A DNA stretch of 63,061 bases, the filler included, from Nemertoderma westbladi (taxonomy: Eukaryota; Animalia; Xenacoelomorpha): assembly GCA_032718475.1 (NCBI GenBank). It is 3 parts of 3 records of this genome, joined end to end, with 100 filler letters (N's around TTAATTAATTAA, not from the genome) between each part and the next. Parts side by side here need not be neighbours in the genome. Positions count along the whole stretch, not along the records: positions 27,047 to 53,926 come from JAUCBJ010000228.1; positions 54,027 to 63,061 come from JAUCBJ010001632.1; 1 more part is not named here. One strand, given 5' to 3'. Under the pieces are notes generated by a model. It was given only the letters and a program-made list of their open reading frames with translations. It was not told where the DNA came from and searched no databases. Of the stretch, positions 48,331 through 60,500 are shown one piece after another (positions within the stretch are counted from its first letter, which is position 1; every line of letters starts with the position of its first letter). The position numbers and the translations under genes are program-made.

Positions 48331-51075
48331 TTACGAATCGTACATTCTTGGCGAGCCATTTGTCGGCGCCGTTCCCGGGGATAGCTTGCTCGAAAAAAAG
48401 TCCTCAGAAGGTGAGGCAGTAGCTGAAACTGGTGCTGTTTGGGTCTGCCGTTGTTGTGATATCTTCCTTTTTTTCTTAACCCCTTTACTAAAGATACTTT
48501 TGGATTTATTCCGGCCCACGTCTGTAGCCACACTTGGAACATATTTTTTCTTAATATAAGTAGAACTGCTAATTGTAGATACCTTTACTGATGTAGAGTC
48601 CTTCACTGATGTAGAGTCCTTCTCCTTGGTGATGTTACTGCGTTGTGATGTCATATCGAAACCCCCATCTGTGGGCCCTCCAGACAGTCTGTCATTTCTG
48701 TGTCGTTTATAGTAAAAGAATCCGACTATCGCCAATATCGCTAGACCTAAAACCGCGCAGGAGACTGCGATGGCAACGGTTTGCGTCGAGATGGAACCTT
48801 CACGGACCTGCGATATGGTAGAGTAGACAACCGCGTCGGAACACGCTGAATCGTTGCACGCTCGCACCTTCGCAATAAACTCAACGGAACTCATGTCAAC
48901 TCCTTGCAACTCCTCGATATCTGATAAAACGACCCAGTTGGAGGTCACATTGACTTGGTATCTCATCCCTCGTTCTATCTCTAACTCCACGAGGTACTTA
49001 ATTGCCTCGGGCGAAGTCGGCCAACTAAGATTCAGTGAGTCGGCGTTGAATTCGATCGGTCCGGGTCCTTGTGGTTTCGGCTCTGGATCCGGAGGGTGGA
49101 AGTACGAGTAAGGGGGCGAGCAGCCCAATACGTTACAGCCTTTAATACTGAATGCGTAGCGACTATTCTCTGTGAAGTCACCCAACTGGATCCAGGGTTC
49201 GCTCACGTTGCGTCGGGTCTCATTTCTCGCGCCAATAACTTCGACCAAAAAGTACTGGATGTAACCACCCGGGTCGCCTGGTGTCCATGATACTAGCACC
49301 TTTCCCGGACGCTGTCCTCTTTCCGAGATGTTCAGTCCGTACGGTTTGTACGGCACGCGATTGACAACGAACCGGACTCTTCTGGATACCTGTCCCTCGT
49401 CTAGGTCAACCTGACATATATATTCTCCATCGTGTTTTTTGCCGGTAACCCGAAACATTTGGAGTGTGGTCCGCGTAAAACTATCATTCAAAAAAGGGTT
49501 ATTTTCATTTCGTACAGGTTGCGTACCGGTTTTTATCCTATAGTCTTTTGACTCTTCTATGTGGCGCAGTTTTACATCGTCTCCAACCCATTTGTACCAT
49601 CTAGTGACCCCATTACGTTGCTGCAGTTCTGGCGAACTGGTTACATTACACACCAATGTCACATTGAGTCCTTCATCAACATTGACAGTCGACTCCATGT
49701 GAATTGTTGGCTTTTCCACGATGTACATAACATTGTTGCGGACTATGGTTTTGTTCTGCGTGGTATAATGACAGATTCCCGTTGTGTTGAAGAAACCGGT
49801 GTTTGATATCGTAGTGTTTAAGACGAGGCCTTTCGGTTTGCTATTTTCATCGATTGAAAAAGTGTTGTTTATATTCTTACTTACCTTCCAATCGAATGAA
49901 ACATCTACTTCGGTTTTAATAATAGTCCATTTCAAACTATATTTATCGTTCCTGATGACTTTATACAATTGTGTGGTGTCATCCGTGATCCGTATCCTAT
50001 CTAGTAATGAATGCGATGGAACTGAAAGGCTGTGATGATGCAAAATTATGAAAGAAAGTTGACAGTCATAGATGAAAATCTTGAACTTTATTACTGCTTT
50101 TTTAGAATCAACGAAATTGCATGTCGTTGAAGCTTCAAAAGAGGCTCTATGATCACTGAAACTAATAATCTTCCCTTCAAAAACTTCTGAATTGTTAAAG
50201 TTTCGATCTCCAAACTTCCAGGTGTATTCGGCAGGAATTGTTCCCTTAGCCAACCACCGCGCGTTGAAATTTTTTCCAATGAAAACTTTCAAATCGTAAG
50301 GGTGCCCTTCTGAAGATGGAATGAATTGTTTCTTATCTAGTAGAAGACCGCTTACTTCACAGAACAAAGGTACGATGTCCCAAGCATCTGATGATTTCAT
50401 AGCATAGCCACCATTACCACTGTATTCGATCGTGGCAGTGCAATAGTAACTCCCATTGTCTTTCGATTGAAGAGGGTTGAATTCCAACCGATCTCCTGTA
50501 TCAATTTTGTTCACTTGACCTACTTTGTACCAGTCGATCTTTGAACTTGGATGACAATGGCTAGCAATACATTGTAGTTCCGCTTTCTTTCCCAATTCAA
50601 ATTCGCCCAATGGTTGCTTTTTTATAATATGTACTGTTTTGGGGGGATATTCTAATATTATCGTCCAATTGCAACTATTACCATTTTCCCAGCCTTTCCG
50701 TTTAAAGTTACATTCATAACCCAAGTACGCAGCAGATTTTAAATTTAAGTCGATATGTCTTGAGATTTTATTAGTGATATTGTGGGTACAAGACCTTTTG
50801 TTATCGCATATAGTGTTGTCAATCTTGAAATGGCCATTTTCTGATGCCGTACAATTTATTTGTGTGTTTTGTACTGGTCTTCTCAAGTAAAGGTAACAAA
50901 TATTATGGAAAGAAACTGGCTTGGGGCAGGGACATTTTGGATTTATTGTTTCTCTTCGATATTTCGCGTTAGTTTTACTTATATTGCTTTCCCATATTTT
51001 CGTGTTGCCTTCAACTGCCTGAATTGCACTTCCTGGATGAAAACAAGCGGAAATCAGAAGAGTGATAATGTGCAT
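48331..51075 (-). CDS. Intronless Ig-superfamily/fibronectin type III single-pass receptor (~914 aa from the ATG at 51075)
   Basis: Signal peptide; Ig motifs (LQC...WYK...DNGSYYC and LVC...WYK...DGEYIC); two FN3 domains (VSWTPG..Y...Y.F.IKGCN and LSWP..Y...VRACN); TM VAIAVSCAVLGLAILAIVGFFYY; Ser/Lys-rich tail. Confidence 0.9.
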   Translation of the reverse strand: MHIITLLISACFHPGSAIQAVEGNTKIWESNISKTNAKYRRETINPKCPCPKPVSFHNICYLYLRRPVQNTQINCTASENGHFKIDNTICDNKRSCTHNITNKISRHIDLNLKSAAYLGYECNFKRKGWENGNSCNWTIILEYPPKTVHIIKKQPLGEFELGKKAELQCIASHCHPSSKIDWYKVGQVNKIDTGDRLEFNPLQSKDNGSYYCTATIEYSGNGGYAMKSSDAWDIVPLFCEVSGLLLDKKQFIPSSEGHPYDLKVFIGKNFNARWLAKGTIPAEYTWKFGDRNFNNSEVFEGKIISFSDHRASFEASTTCNFVDSKKAVIKFKIFIYDCQLSFIILHHHSLSVPSHSLLDRIRITDDTTQLYKVIRNDKYSLKWTIIKTEVDVSFDWKVSKNINNTFSIDENSKPKGLVLNTTISNTGFFNTTGICHYTTQNKTIVRNNVMYIVEKPTIHMESTVNVDEGLNVTLVCNVTSSPELQQRNGVTRWYKWVGDDVKLRHIEESKDYRIKTGTQPVRNENNPFLNDSFTRTTLQMFRVTGKKHDGEYICQVDLDEGQVSRRVRFVVNRVPYKPYGLNISERGQRPGKVLVSWTPGDPGGYIQYFLVEVIGARNETRRNVSEPWIQLGDFTENSRYAFSIKGCNVLGCSPPYSYFHPPDPEPKPQGPGPIEFNADSLNLSWPTSPEAIKYLVELEIERGMRYQVNVTSNWVVLSDIEELQGVDMSSVEFIAKVRACNDSACSDAVVYSTISQVREGSISTQTVAIAVSCAVLGLAILAIVGFFYYKRHRNDRLSGGPTDGGFDMTSQRSNITKEKDSTSVKDSTSVKVSTISSSTYIKKKYVPSVATDVGRNKSKSIFSKGVKKKRKISQQRQTQTAPVSATASPSEDFFSSKLSPGTAPTNGSPRMYDS

Positions 51076-52580
51076 CTTTATTATTAATAAAATAGACAAA
51101 CATTGTTTATTTACTTAGCTATATTTAATAAAAACATTGTTACAATTATTTCGTACATTCCAGAATATTGAATTTCATAAAATTTTCTCTAGGCAACAGA
51201 TTAATTATCTAATATATTTTTAAGGTTTAACCAAACTGCTTGAAGTATTTAAATATAATAAAAACTGAAATTACTTTATATAAAATTAACCATACATTTA
51301 AAACTTTATACTCAGTGGCCCTCTAAATTGCATGAAAAGCCTTTCATTATTTTAATTTTCTAGGAATTCCTTATGCTAAACCTCATATTCCACCGATTAC
51401 TGATACAAGATGGAAAGAACCATTAGAATTAATTGTAAGTTTTATATATTTAAATTTAGTTATGTGGGGCGAGCCACACATTTCAGCAAGTTGTTTATTG
51501 TTTATATATAGGCCTACCTTGGCCTCCGTCTGTTTAAATGTTTAGTATTTGTCAGACCGTCGTTCCCTTAATAATTAATCCCGCCCAACTAAAAACACCC
51601 AGGTGTATATTATCTGGGCTAAAATATTAAAAGTTTTCCAATCAAGTTTACCACTTACTAATTGGATACTCTTCGGTTGTTTTAGACAAAAATACCCCCC
51701 CCCCCCCCCCCCCCCCCCCCCCCTACTCCTCGGCCCTCGCCCTGGTGTGATTAAATTATGTAACAAATTAGGTTTTATTTAGATATGATCACTGTCATTT
51801 CTTTTCGAGAATTATTTCCAATCCGGTTGAACTTTGATTATAAACTTATAAATTTGTACCCACCCATCCACATTCCACACACATTTCCACCCACCCCCAC
51901 ACCAACGTACCAACCGGTTTCATGGAAAGGCTATTTTTTGGAATAAAATATGTAATACCGGTACATGAAAAACAAATTATTTCCTCCCTTATGACCCGTT
52001 GTTGTTGAATAACCTCGCCAGCTCGGCAAATTATACATCTCAGCGTCATCGGAAATAGAGCCCATTTGTTTTCGATGAGATAATAACTTATTGCACAGAT
52101 TATTCTTTTTACATAATGTGTAAATAAATCCATAGCCAAACAAGGAATCAAGGTAAGACACATTGTTTTCATAGATTTGCTATGTAGCACCTGGTTTTTT
52201 TTCTTAAAATTAATTAAGGGGGGATACTCCCCCCCCCCCCCCCCCCCCCCCCACTAGCATTGTTGCATTCATTATTCAAATTTACAAGTTTCCCTTGCCT
52301 GTAGTTCAGTAGAAGGTCGGTCCTGTTTAGAATCCGACGAATTATTATTCAAAGAGAGTCGGGATTCTTATTTCTTATTTGATTGTCCGACTCTGATATC
52401 GATCGTGATCTTATCTGAAGAACTTATGTAACTAAACTGGTAATCTTGTATTATGTTCTGGTTGTCATGATTTATTTGGGGTTAATTCGGTTTGAAGACC
52501 AGTTAGTGGCTGATGTGGGTAAACTCAACATACGAGTATTGAAAAAAGCAGCTATTTTTTTCCTCATAATACTTTCTCAC

Positions 52581-52688
52581 CTTCCCTTATTTCATTTTCA
52601 CTTCTCCCTTGCTTCTGCTTGCAGTAAACCGTTGTACCTCTAGAGGACTCCTGCGTCACCATATGGATTAATTCACACTTGTATCCAT
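52581..52688 (-). CDS. Candidate internal exon (phase 1-1), unknown protein
   Basis: ctgtatag| 108 bp open (GYKCELIHMVTQESSRGTTVYCKQKQGRSENEIRE), then AAG|GTGAG. Confidence 0.45.
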
Positions 52689-53089
52689 CTATACAGTATA
52701 TATCACACTTATTCCTAATGTGTCGGTTAAAAAGCAAATTTTGTGGAATAAAAATTTAAAGGAATAAAATGTTTGGCATTTCATAGATATAATATATTTA
52801 TTGACAATAATAATTTTTATAAATTAAATTTCAACATACGTAGCGAACATTTTATGAGTTGGTGCTTGAAGTTTTATTTGGAAAAGGTTAAACAAAGTTA
52901 ACAGCTGATCTATTCATCTGTTTCCTCGGCTACAAAATCTCAACAACATCTGTTTCGCAAATATACAACGAGACTACTCAGTTGACTACTGGGTGGACAA
53001 CACACGACTGTAGAAAACTGTAGAACTACTGTGGTATATCTATAGTGCCAGAACCAAGTTACACTGCCATTACTCATCCATTCCCTTAA

Positions 53090-53790
53090 GGGGGGGGGGG
53101 GGGGGGGCGAAATTTTTTTATGGTCTATTATAATGCACCATTGAATGGTGCTTCCAAATATGAAAACCGCTATTTAATTGCTCTTTTAGTTTTCAAGTTA
53201 TTACAATTTCCATTTAGGGAGACATATTGAAATTACTATTACTATGTATAAGGCAAAGTCGATTATCTCAAAATATTTTTTTTATAAAATTGTCAATTTC
53301 AAAACCCTACTACTTCTACAATTTTTGAGCAATTAGTCTGAAACTTTCTGTGGGTGTCTACATAGCTACCCTGCATAAAAATATCAGACAACTTTTCGAA
53401 ATATTTTGTTAATAAAATTTAATACTATTTATAAAAAACCTAAAATTTAGCATAAATTTGCAGCGCGACCTAGCGGTGCAGAATTATTTTCACAAAATTT
53501 CATCTGATAGTTATGTTGCCCCATCTTTGGTCTATCATATAAAAAAACTTTCACGTGATTAGATTCAAAACTGTAAAAAAAAAGCCTTAGAAGGTTTTAA
53601 GCGCAACCAAGTTTTTTTTATTGTTAACTAGTATTAACTAGTATTAACTAATATTAAATAGCGAAAAAAAAATTTTCTGACCTGTCATGTAGAATAGCAT
53701 CTTAGGCACCTATAATCTAAATTTAAGCCAAAACCAAACAATTTTGAAACGCTGAGAGTGATAAATCGAGGAATTTTCCGAAAATGGTGT

Positions 53791-53825
<35 letters not shown>

Positions 53826-53842
53826 ACCCCCCCCCCCCCCCC
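53090..53842. mobile_element. TTAA-targeting non-autonomous DNA transposon (Kolobok-like)
   Basis: TTAA|GGGG... and ...CCCC|TTAA termini, with poly-G/poly-C expanded ends. Confidence 0.6.
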
Positions 53843-53926
53843 TTAAGTACAGATTTGGCATCATGTTCAATCTATAAAATTTATAAGATTGATGGCTTAT
53901 TTAGGAAGGCACGAGCGCATTATCTA

Positions 53927-54026
53927 NNNNNNNNNNNNNNNNNNNNNNNNNNNNNNNNNNNNNNNNNNNNTTAATTAATTAANNNNNNNNNNNNNNNNNN
54001 NNNNNNNNNNNNNNNNNNNNNNNNNN
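53927..54026. other. Artificial contig linker (N44-TTAATTAATTAA-N44)
   Basis: Identical to 26947-27046. Confidence 0.95.
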
Positions 54027-54884
54027 TAAAGACTCTGATGACTGATCATACATGCTGACTGCTGAAACATTGCAAACTCATAACAATCAGTGTTCAGTTG
54101 TTGTTTTATATTGCTATTTACTGTCAGTTCTTCATAATATGGTTGATGAATTATTATATTTGGAATAACGATAAATAACCCCGAAACCCAATGTTCTTGA
54201 TATACCGAAGGTAAGAGAGAAGGGTTACAGATAAACGATTGTGACTTATGTTAAAGTGGTTTGAAGTGAATCTAATGTTATTTGATAGACCCTACATGAG
54301 CCAGTCTGTGTTCCTTTTATATGTGACTAAAATCAGTGAAGATCGGCAGATTAGTGTGCAGTATTGTGCAGCATTGTGTATGAGTGAGTCTGTTAAAGAA
54401 GCATTCCTAAAGAATGCGCCATATATGTGAATTATAATTAAGCCATATCGTTGTGAGTAGTTTAAGTCATAACTCTGTTTATATAGATAAAGCGCCACGT
54501 CCTAAAGGAACTGTTAATATTCCCGAAGGTGAATAATATTGTCAGAGATTATATAATACTGTCAGTCGAATAATACATTAGGCTTACATAGCAATAAAAT
54601 TAAACCGTCGAACCCAATCTCCCGGGAATCTCCAACGGGTGAATGGTCGCGCACGGATTGGTTTCGACTAGTGTAGTGAATCAAATACTTGTCATAGACT
54701 AAAAACTGATTTAATATCTAGAAGACATCTTAATTTGGTGGGTTAAACTGCCAAAGGTCTGAAAGCGCGAACATATATGTATTATTGTATTTGTGTCCTG
54801 CTACTGTATATCAAAAAAGACCAGCTATTGTCCCATTAGGGAACACTATGGGAACGTATTTCTGCTCTAAAGCAATATAGTAAA

Positions 54885-56090
54885 ATTTGGAGCTCAGTAT
54901 GTCGTGTTGGATCGGTTCAGGACGTGACAATAGATCTAATGCAGCGCAGTAGGGCGTGTTGGCTCGGCTCAGGACACGAGAATAGATATAATGGAGCTCA
55001 GTAGGTCATGTTGGATCGGCTCAAGATGCGAGAATAGATCTATTGGAGCGCAGTATGGCGTGTTGGATCGTTTCAGGGCTCGAAAAAGGATATAATGGAG
55101 CGCAGTAGGGCGTGTTGGCTCGGTTCAGGATGTGACAATAATTCTAATGCAGCGCAGTAGGGCGTGTTGGCTCGGTTCAGGCCTCAAAATTAGATCTAAT
55201 GCAGCACAGTAGGGCGTGTTGGCTCGGTTCAGGACGCGAAAATAGATCTTATGGAGCGCAATAGGGCGTGTTGGCTTGGTTCAGGACACGAGAATAGATC
55301 TTATGGAGCTCAGTAGGTCGTGTTGGATCGGCTCGGGACACGAGAATAGATCTAATGCAGCGCAGAAGGGCGTGTTGGCTCAGTTCAGGACGCGAGAATA
55401 TATATAATGCAGCGCAGTAGGGCGTGTTGGCTCAGTTCAAGCCTCAAAATTAGATCTAATGCAGCACAGTAGGGGGTGTTGGCTCAGTTCAGGACGCGAA
55501 AATAGATCTTATGGATCGCAGTAGGGCGTGTTGGCTCGGCTCAGGACACGAGAATATATCTAATGCAGCGCAGTAGGGCGTGTTGGCTCAGTTTAGGACG
55601 CGAGAATATATATAATGCAGCGCAGTAGGGCGTGTTGGCTCAGTTCAAGCCTCAAAATTAGATCTAATGCAGCACAGTAGGGGTGTTGGCTCAGTTCAGG
55701 ACGCGAGAATATATCTAATGCAGCGCAGTAGGGCGTGTTGGCTCAGTTCAGGACGCGGGAATAGATCTAATGCGGCGCAGTAGGGCGTGTTGGCTCAGTT
55801 CAGGTCTCAAAATTAGATCTAATGCAGCACAGTAGGGGGTGTTGGCTCAGTTCAGGACGCGAGAATATATCTAATGCAGCGCAGTAGGGCGTGTTGGCTC
55901 AGTTCAGGACGCGGGAATAGATCTAATGCAGCCCAGTAGGGCGTGTTGGCTCAGTTCAGGCCTCAAAATTAGATATAATGCAGCGCAGTAGGGCGTGTTG
56001 GCTCAGTTCAGGCCTCAAAATTAGATATAATGCAGCACAGTAGGGGGTGTTGGCTCAGTTCAGGACGCGAGAATAGATCTAAGGGAGCAC
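54885..56090. repeat. 52-bp minisatellite, about 23 copies
   Basis: Unit AGATCTAATGCAGCGCAGTAGGGCGTGTTGGCTCAGTTCAGGACGCGAGAAT and variants. Confidence 0.95.
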
Positions 56091-57394
56091 AGAGTTCCCA
56101 AATGGGACTGACCTGGTGATTATTAGATAAATATAATTTCGACCAAAGCATCTCCCTAAATTGTTTACTAAATCAACTAAAACAAAATCCGTCACCATCG
56201 TTTACTAATTCAATTCACCTAAAAAACATCACTAGTGTTCCCAAATGGGACCTTAATAACGTCCCCTAGACAAATAACATTGTATAAAAGTCAATAAAAT
56301 TGGAGTCTGTTTGTGGTTTTCAATGTTTTGAGACACTACTTATTATTTTTGTTATTTTATATAATATATTGGATTTGCTGTGTTGCCAGTGTTCCCAAAA
56401 GGGATCAGGTATTTCTTGAGAAAACTAACAGGCGCAATGAAATTTTTTTTTACAAAGTTTAAGTTGACACGATTTGAAACGATTTCAAAAATTTCAACGA
56501 ATTTGCTCAGATTTAAAGAGGGTTAGGAAATAGAAGGTTAATACGAGGAATTATTTTTGAGATACAAAAAAGCTGTTAAGGAGCTTTATCGTGCTGAAGG
56601 CACGAAAAATCCTTTACATTCGCGATCGATATTATTGAAGGGAGAACGACCGACGCATAAAAGTTTATCCATCCAGGTCATTCTACACCTGAAAAAATAT
56701 CGGATTGATATCCTTAGATTGATTGGTACTTGATTGTTGATTGTTTTTTGATGACTGCATTTTTTCCTTGGGGGGTGTTGTCTCCAGTCGATGTTGCAGG
56801 ACAGTTCTAATGTCCCGCTCTAGGTTTAGTTCTTTATTCTCTATTTCAATACATTACTAGATGCAACACACTTCTTAATATGTTAAATAATGTTTAAATA
56901 TATTTATATATTTTTATATTTACCCCCCCCCCCCCCCTTAAAAGGTGTGAAAAATCAAAGTATCCATTATATATTAAAAGGTGTGAAAAATCGATATATC
57001 AATTACATTTATAAATCACGCAACCCAGGAATGAAATGCGGGCTCCGATGTAATCATAAATACCGCTTCCCTATTGGTTTAACGCGAATTGTCTTGAATG
57101 GCAGCAACGGTGGTCAATACGCAGATGTCTAATGATTGGCAGCAATGGTGACAGTGGCAGACAGTGAGCCAAAGGGGGTGTGAAACTACTGAAATTCTAT
57201 CAGGCCTCAGCACTAGCGCTAACAGGTTCAGCCACTTGCCCCAGACACCCATCTCCCATCTAATGCGACTGTAATTAATGATATAATATTATGGCTAGAA
57301 ATGGAAAGAATGAGGAAGCACGTCACCTGGGGTTGAACCTGGTCTTGTGATGCACTTAATTTTGGTTTTTATGCTATCGCTATAACTCATGGCG

Positions 57395-57584
57395 ATGGTT
57401 GATGATTGATTGAAATACATTTTCCACCCCCTGTTTTGGGGCAACACTAGTGGGTGAATAGCACTCAATCAAAACCACCTTAGGAAACTTCTTATCTGGA
57501 AAAGTTAGAAAACTAGGAAACTTCTTCCAGGACATGAAAAGTGACATCAGATGATTACGTCTATTTTGTCCCATGCTGCATGGT
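57395..57584 (-). mobile_element. Old RTE endonuclease-domain fragment
   Basis: KKFPKVVLIECYSPTSVAP matches KKFPKVVLIVCYSPTSVAP of the intact ORF (about 60150-60326). Confidence 0.8.
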
Positions 57585-60500
57585 GTACTACTAGGATCGG
57601 CATGCTGCATTGCAGCTGCATTTTTAAGAATGCTGTGCCGGCTTGTCAACAAAATTGCACCGCCACAACTCCCTATCACCCATGACATTTGCTAGATCAT
57701 CCGCATCTTTAAGGCCAGTGTCCTTTAAGATGCGTCTCAAGAAAGTCATGGGCTGTCCACCATGCTTATTCACTCCATGAGGCTGCCAAAGTACAAGATT
57801 ATGCACTGGCTGGTCCTCACGGCGAAAGCAATGTCCTGCAAAGCGGAGGCGATTTTGTTCTAGTGTCAAGCTTGGGGGAACCAATGAGACACCTCCAATG
57901 TTATATAGTGTCTGGTTGGAGATGTGTGCATTGTACTTGACACAATGAACCCGGCGTAGCATTCTTGTGAATGTGCCATCCAGAGATTTGGTGTCCTCAG
58001 CAGTTAGAGCCCAGCATGGACTCCCGTAGAGGAGTACTGGAACTACTGCTGCTCTAAATAATCGGACCTTAAGTTTCCGATTAATTCTCGGTGACTTCCA
58101 AATCCTGGAAAGCCTATTCAAGGCTGCCCATGCCTTTCCCTTACGTATTCGAAGGTCCTCACCTGACTTCCGGATCCATGATCCCAGGTAATAGAAGTCG
58201 TCCACATGCTCAAGCATACCATCCTTTGAGCTTATGCTCATCCGATCAGAGACTTGCTGAGGACTTTCAAAGTTAACGGTCAGAATTTTGGTCTTTCTGG
58301 AGTTAATAAAAAGACCAACACTAGAAGCAGTATGTTCTAATGAGCTGAGGAGCCGTTGGGCTCCCTCTAATGATTCTGAGAGTACTCCTAAGTCATCAGC
58401 AAAGTCTAGATCAGTTAGGTACTTGGCAGGATTTCCTCGACTTCTGGAGCCAGTAGGTGGAGTTATCATCACCCCATCATCATTATGATGATCTAAGGAC
58501 ATGCGTAGAACATAGTCAACCACAATAATGAACAAGAATGGTGCAAGTGTGTCTCCTTGGAGGACGCCCCATAACACTTCAAATGGTTCTGTGTCACCGT
58601 CAACAGTAGACAGAAATGTTGTCGAACCATCGTATACTGATCTGATTGCTGCAATAATTTCATCAGGAATCCCATATAATGAAAGTATGCTGAACATACG
58701 TGAGCGAGAGACTGAATCAAAGGCCTTGAAGAAGTCAACAAAGATAACAGCCAGATGCCTGTCTTTCTTTTTTGATAATTCTTCAATTATCCTTCTAAGT
58801 GCCAAAATGGGCTCCATGGTTCCACGACCTTTGCGGAACCCATTCTGATTTCCACGGAGCAGTCTCTCAATGGGATCCCTGATGCGATTTAATAGAATCC
58901 TATTGTATAGCTTTGCAGCAATCGAGATCAATGAGATTCCCCGAAAAGAACCATAGAGTGTTAGGTTGCCCTTCTTGGGAACTGGCACCAACTTATTTGT
59001 TTTCATTTCTTGTGGGACTCTTGTTGTTCGGTACATGTCTACTATGATGGGATAGATGAGCTTTAAACACTCCGGTATTTTAAAGACCTCAGGGGGAACA
59101 CCATCTACTCCACTGGCACGATTGGTCTTAATGCTCTTTGCAGCAGCCTTCACTTCTGCAAAGGAGATATCGCCAATGGGAATATCTGGGAGTACAGACT
59201 CAGACACTTTTACTTCTATAAAGTTATCAGGCAATACCCTGTCATTATTGAGGAGCTTTTCAAAGTGGGCTTTCCAACCATTGAGGCGATCGGCTGGTGA
59301 TTCAGCCTTAACCTTGGTGGTTGGTTGGCTTTTCCGCCCAGTAAGCAGATTGATCGATTTCCATGCCTGGGATGATTGCCTGCTGTCGTCAGCATCATTG
59401 ATGGCATCAACCTGTTGGTTTATTAGCTCCTGTAGATTAACAGAGTACTGCCTGTTCAGGGACCTAGATGCAGCCTTAACTGCATTCTTGGCCGCTGTAG
59501 TCTGTTTGAGTCGGGACTCTTTCTGCGCCTTATGAAGGTCATTTCGGCACTTCTGAATTTTGTTGTCAGTCCAGGGGGCCCTTTTCCTGTTTCGAGGGTA
59601 TACAGGAACTGTTTCTGCAGCTGCTAACTTAACTGCTTCTGTAAAGGCAGTATAGCCCTCACAGTGATCTGCCGCCTCAGAGGCAAGAGCCTCATACCTG
59701 TTGCTCAGCTGTAGTGTGAAGCTGGATCTCACACTTGGCTGTTGCAACAGAGAGGACCAGTCATGCCGCGGCAAGGCAGATTTCGTTGTTCTGCTAGCAC
59801 GCAGACTAAGTCTTACCTTGGCCACAATAAGGCGGTGATCACTGGAGAAGGGTCGAAGTGTAAATGCATTACAGTCTTGTATAGAGCTCCTGTATTTCCT
59901 ACGAAACAGAATATGGTCTATCTGGGACTTGTGACCACTGGGTCCACTATGAGTCCATAGCTTTCCAGTTCGCTTCTTGAACTGGGTTCCAGCCGAAAAC
60001 AATCCATTTCCAGAGATAAAATCCTGAAGATGGACAGAATTTCGGTTAACACTATTGCTATAGACCCAGGGCGATGTAGGTGATTGATGCAGACTTGCAT
60101 TAAAGTCTCCCAGGAATGTTAAGAATGCTTGCTGATCCACTCCATCAGTAGCTGCTTGTAGATTGTGGTAGAAGTTTTCCACCTCCTCTACAGGGGCAAC
60201 ACTAGTTGGAGAGTAGCACACAATCAGAACCACCTTAGGAAACTTCTTAGCCAGTCTTCCAGAACATGAGAAGTGGCAACGGATGATGCGGTTAGAGATT
60301 TGGTCTATTTTGTCCAATGCTGCATGTGCAGTTGGATTCATCAATAGACCAATTCCACCATTGCCACTATCATCTGCTGACGCGAGGGCGAGTCGCCAAC
60401 TGCCCCCCATGTCCTTAATCAGAACCTCATCAGTCTGTCCAGTCTGCATTCGGTGCTCTTGAACACCCACTGCGCTAAGAGAAAGCTTATCTGCCAAGGC

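Noticed and set aside
48854-51087. Short plus-strand ORFs over the Ig gene, and similar ones over the LINE ORFs
   Set aside because: Antisense shadows of real coding sequence.
53792-53842. Long poly-C/poly-G runs as G-quadruplex elements or poly-Gly/Pro ORFs
   Set aside because: Such runs occur throughout the window, mostly inside MITE ends. Their lengths are unreliable and there is no specific evidence of function.
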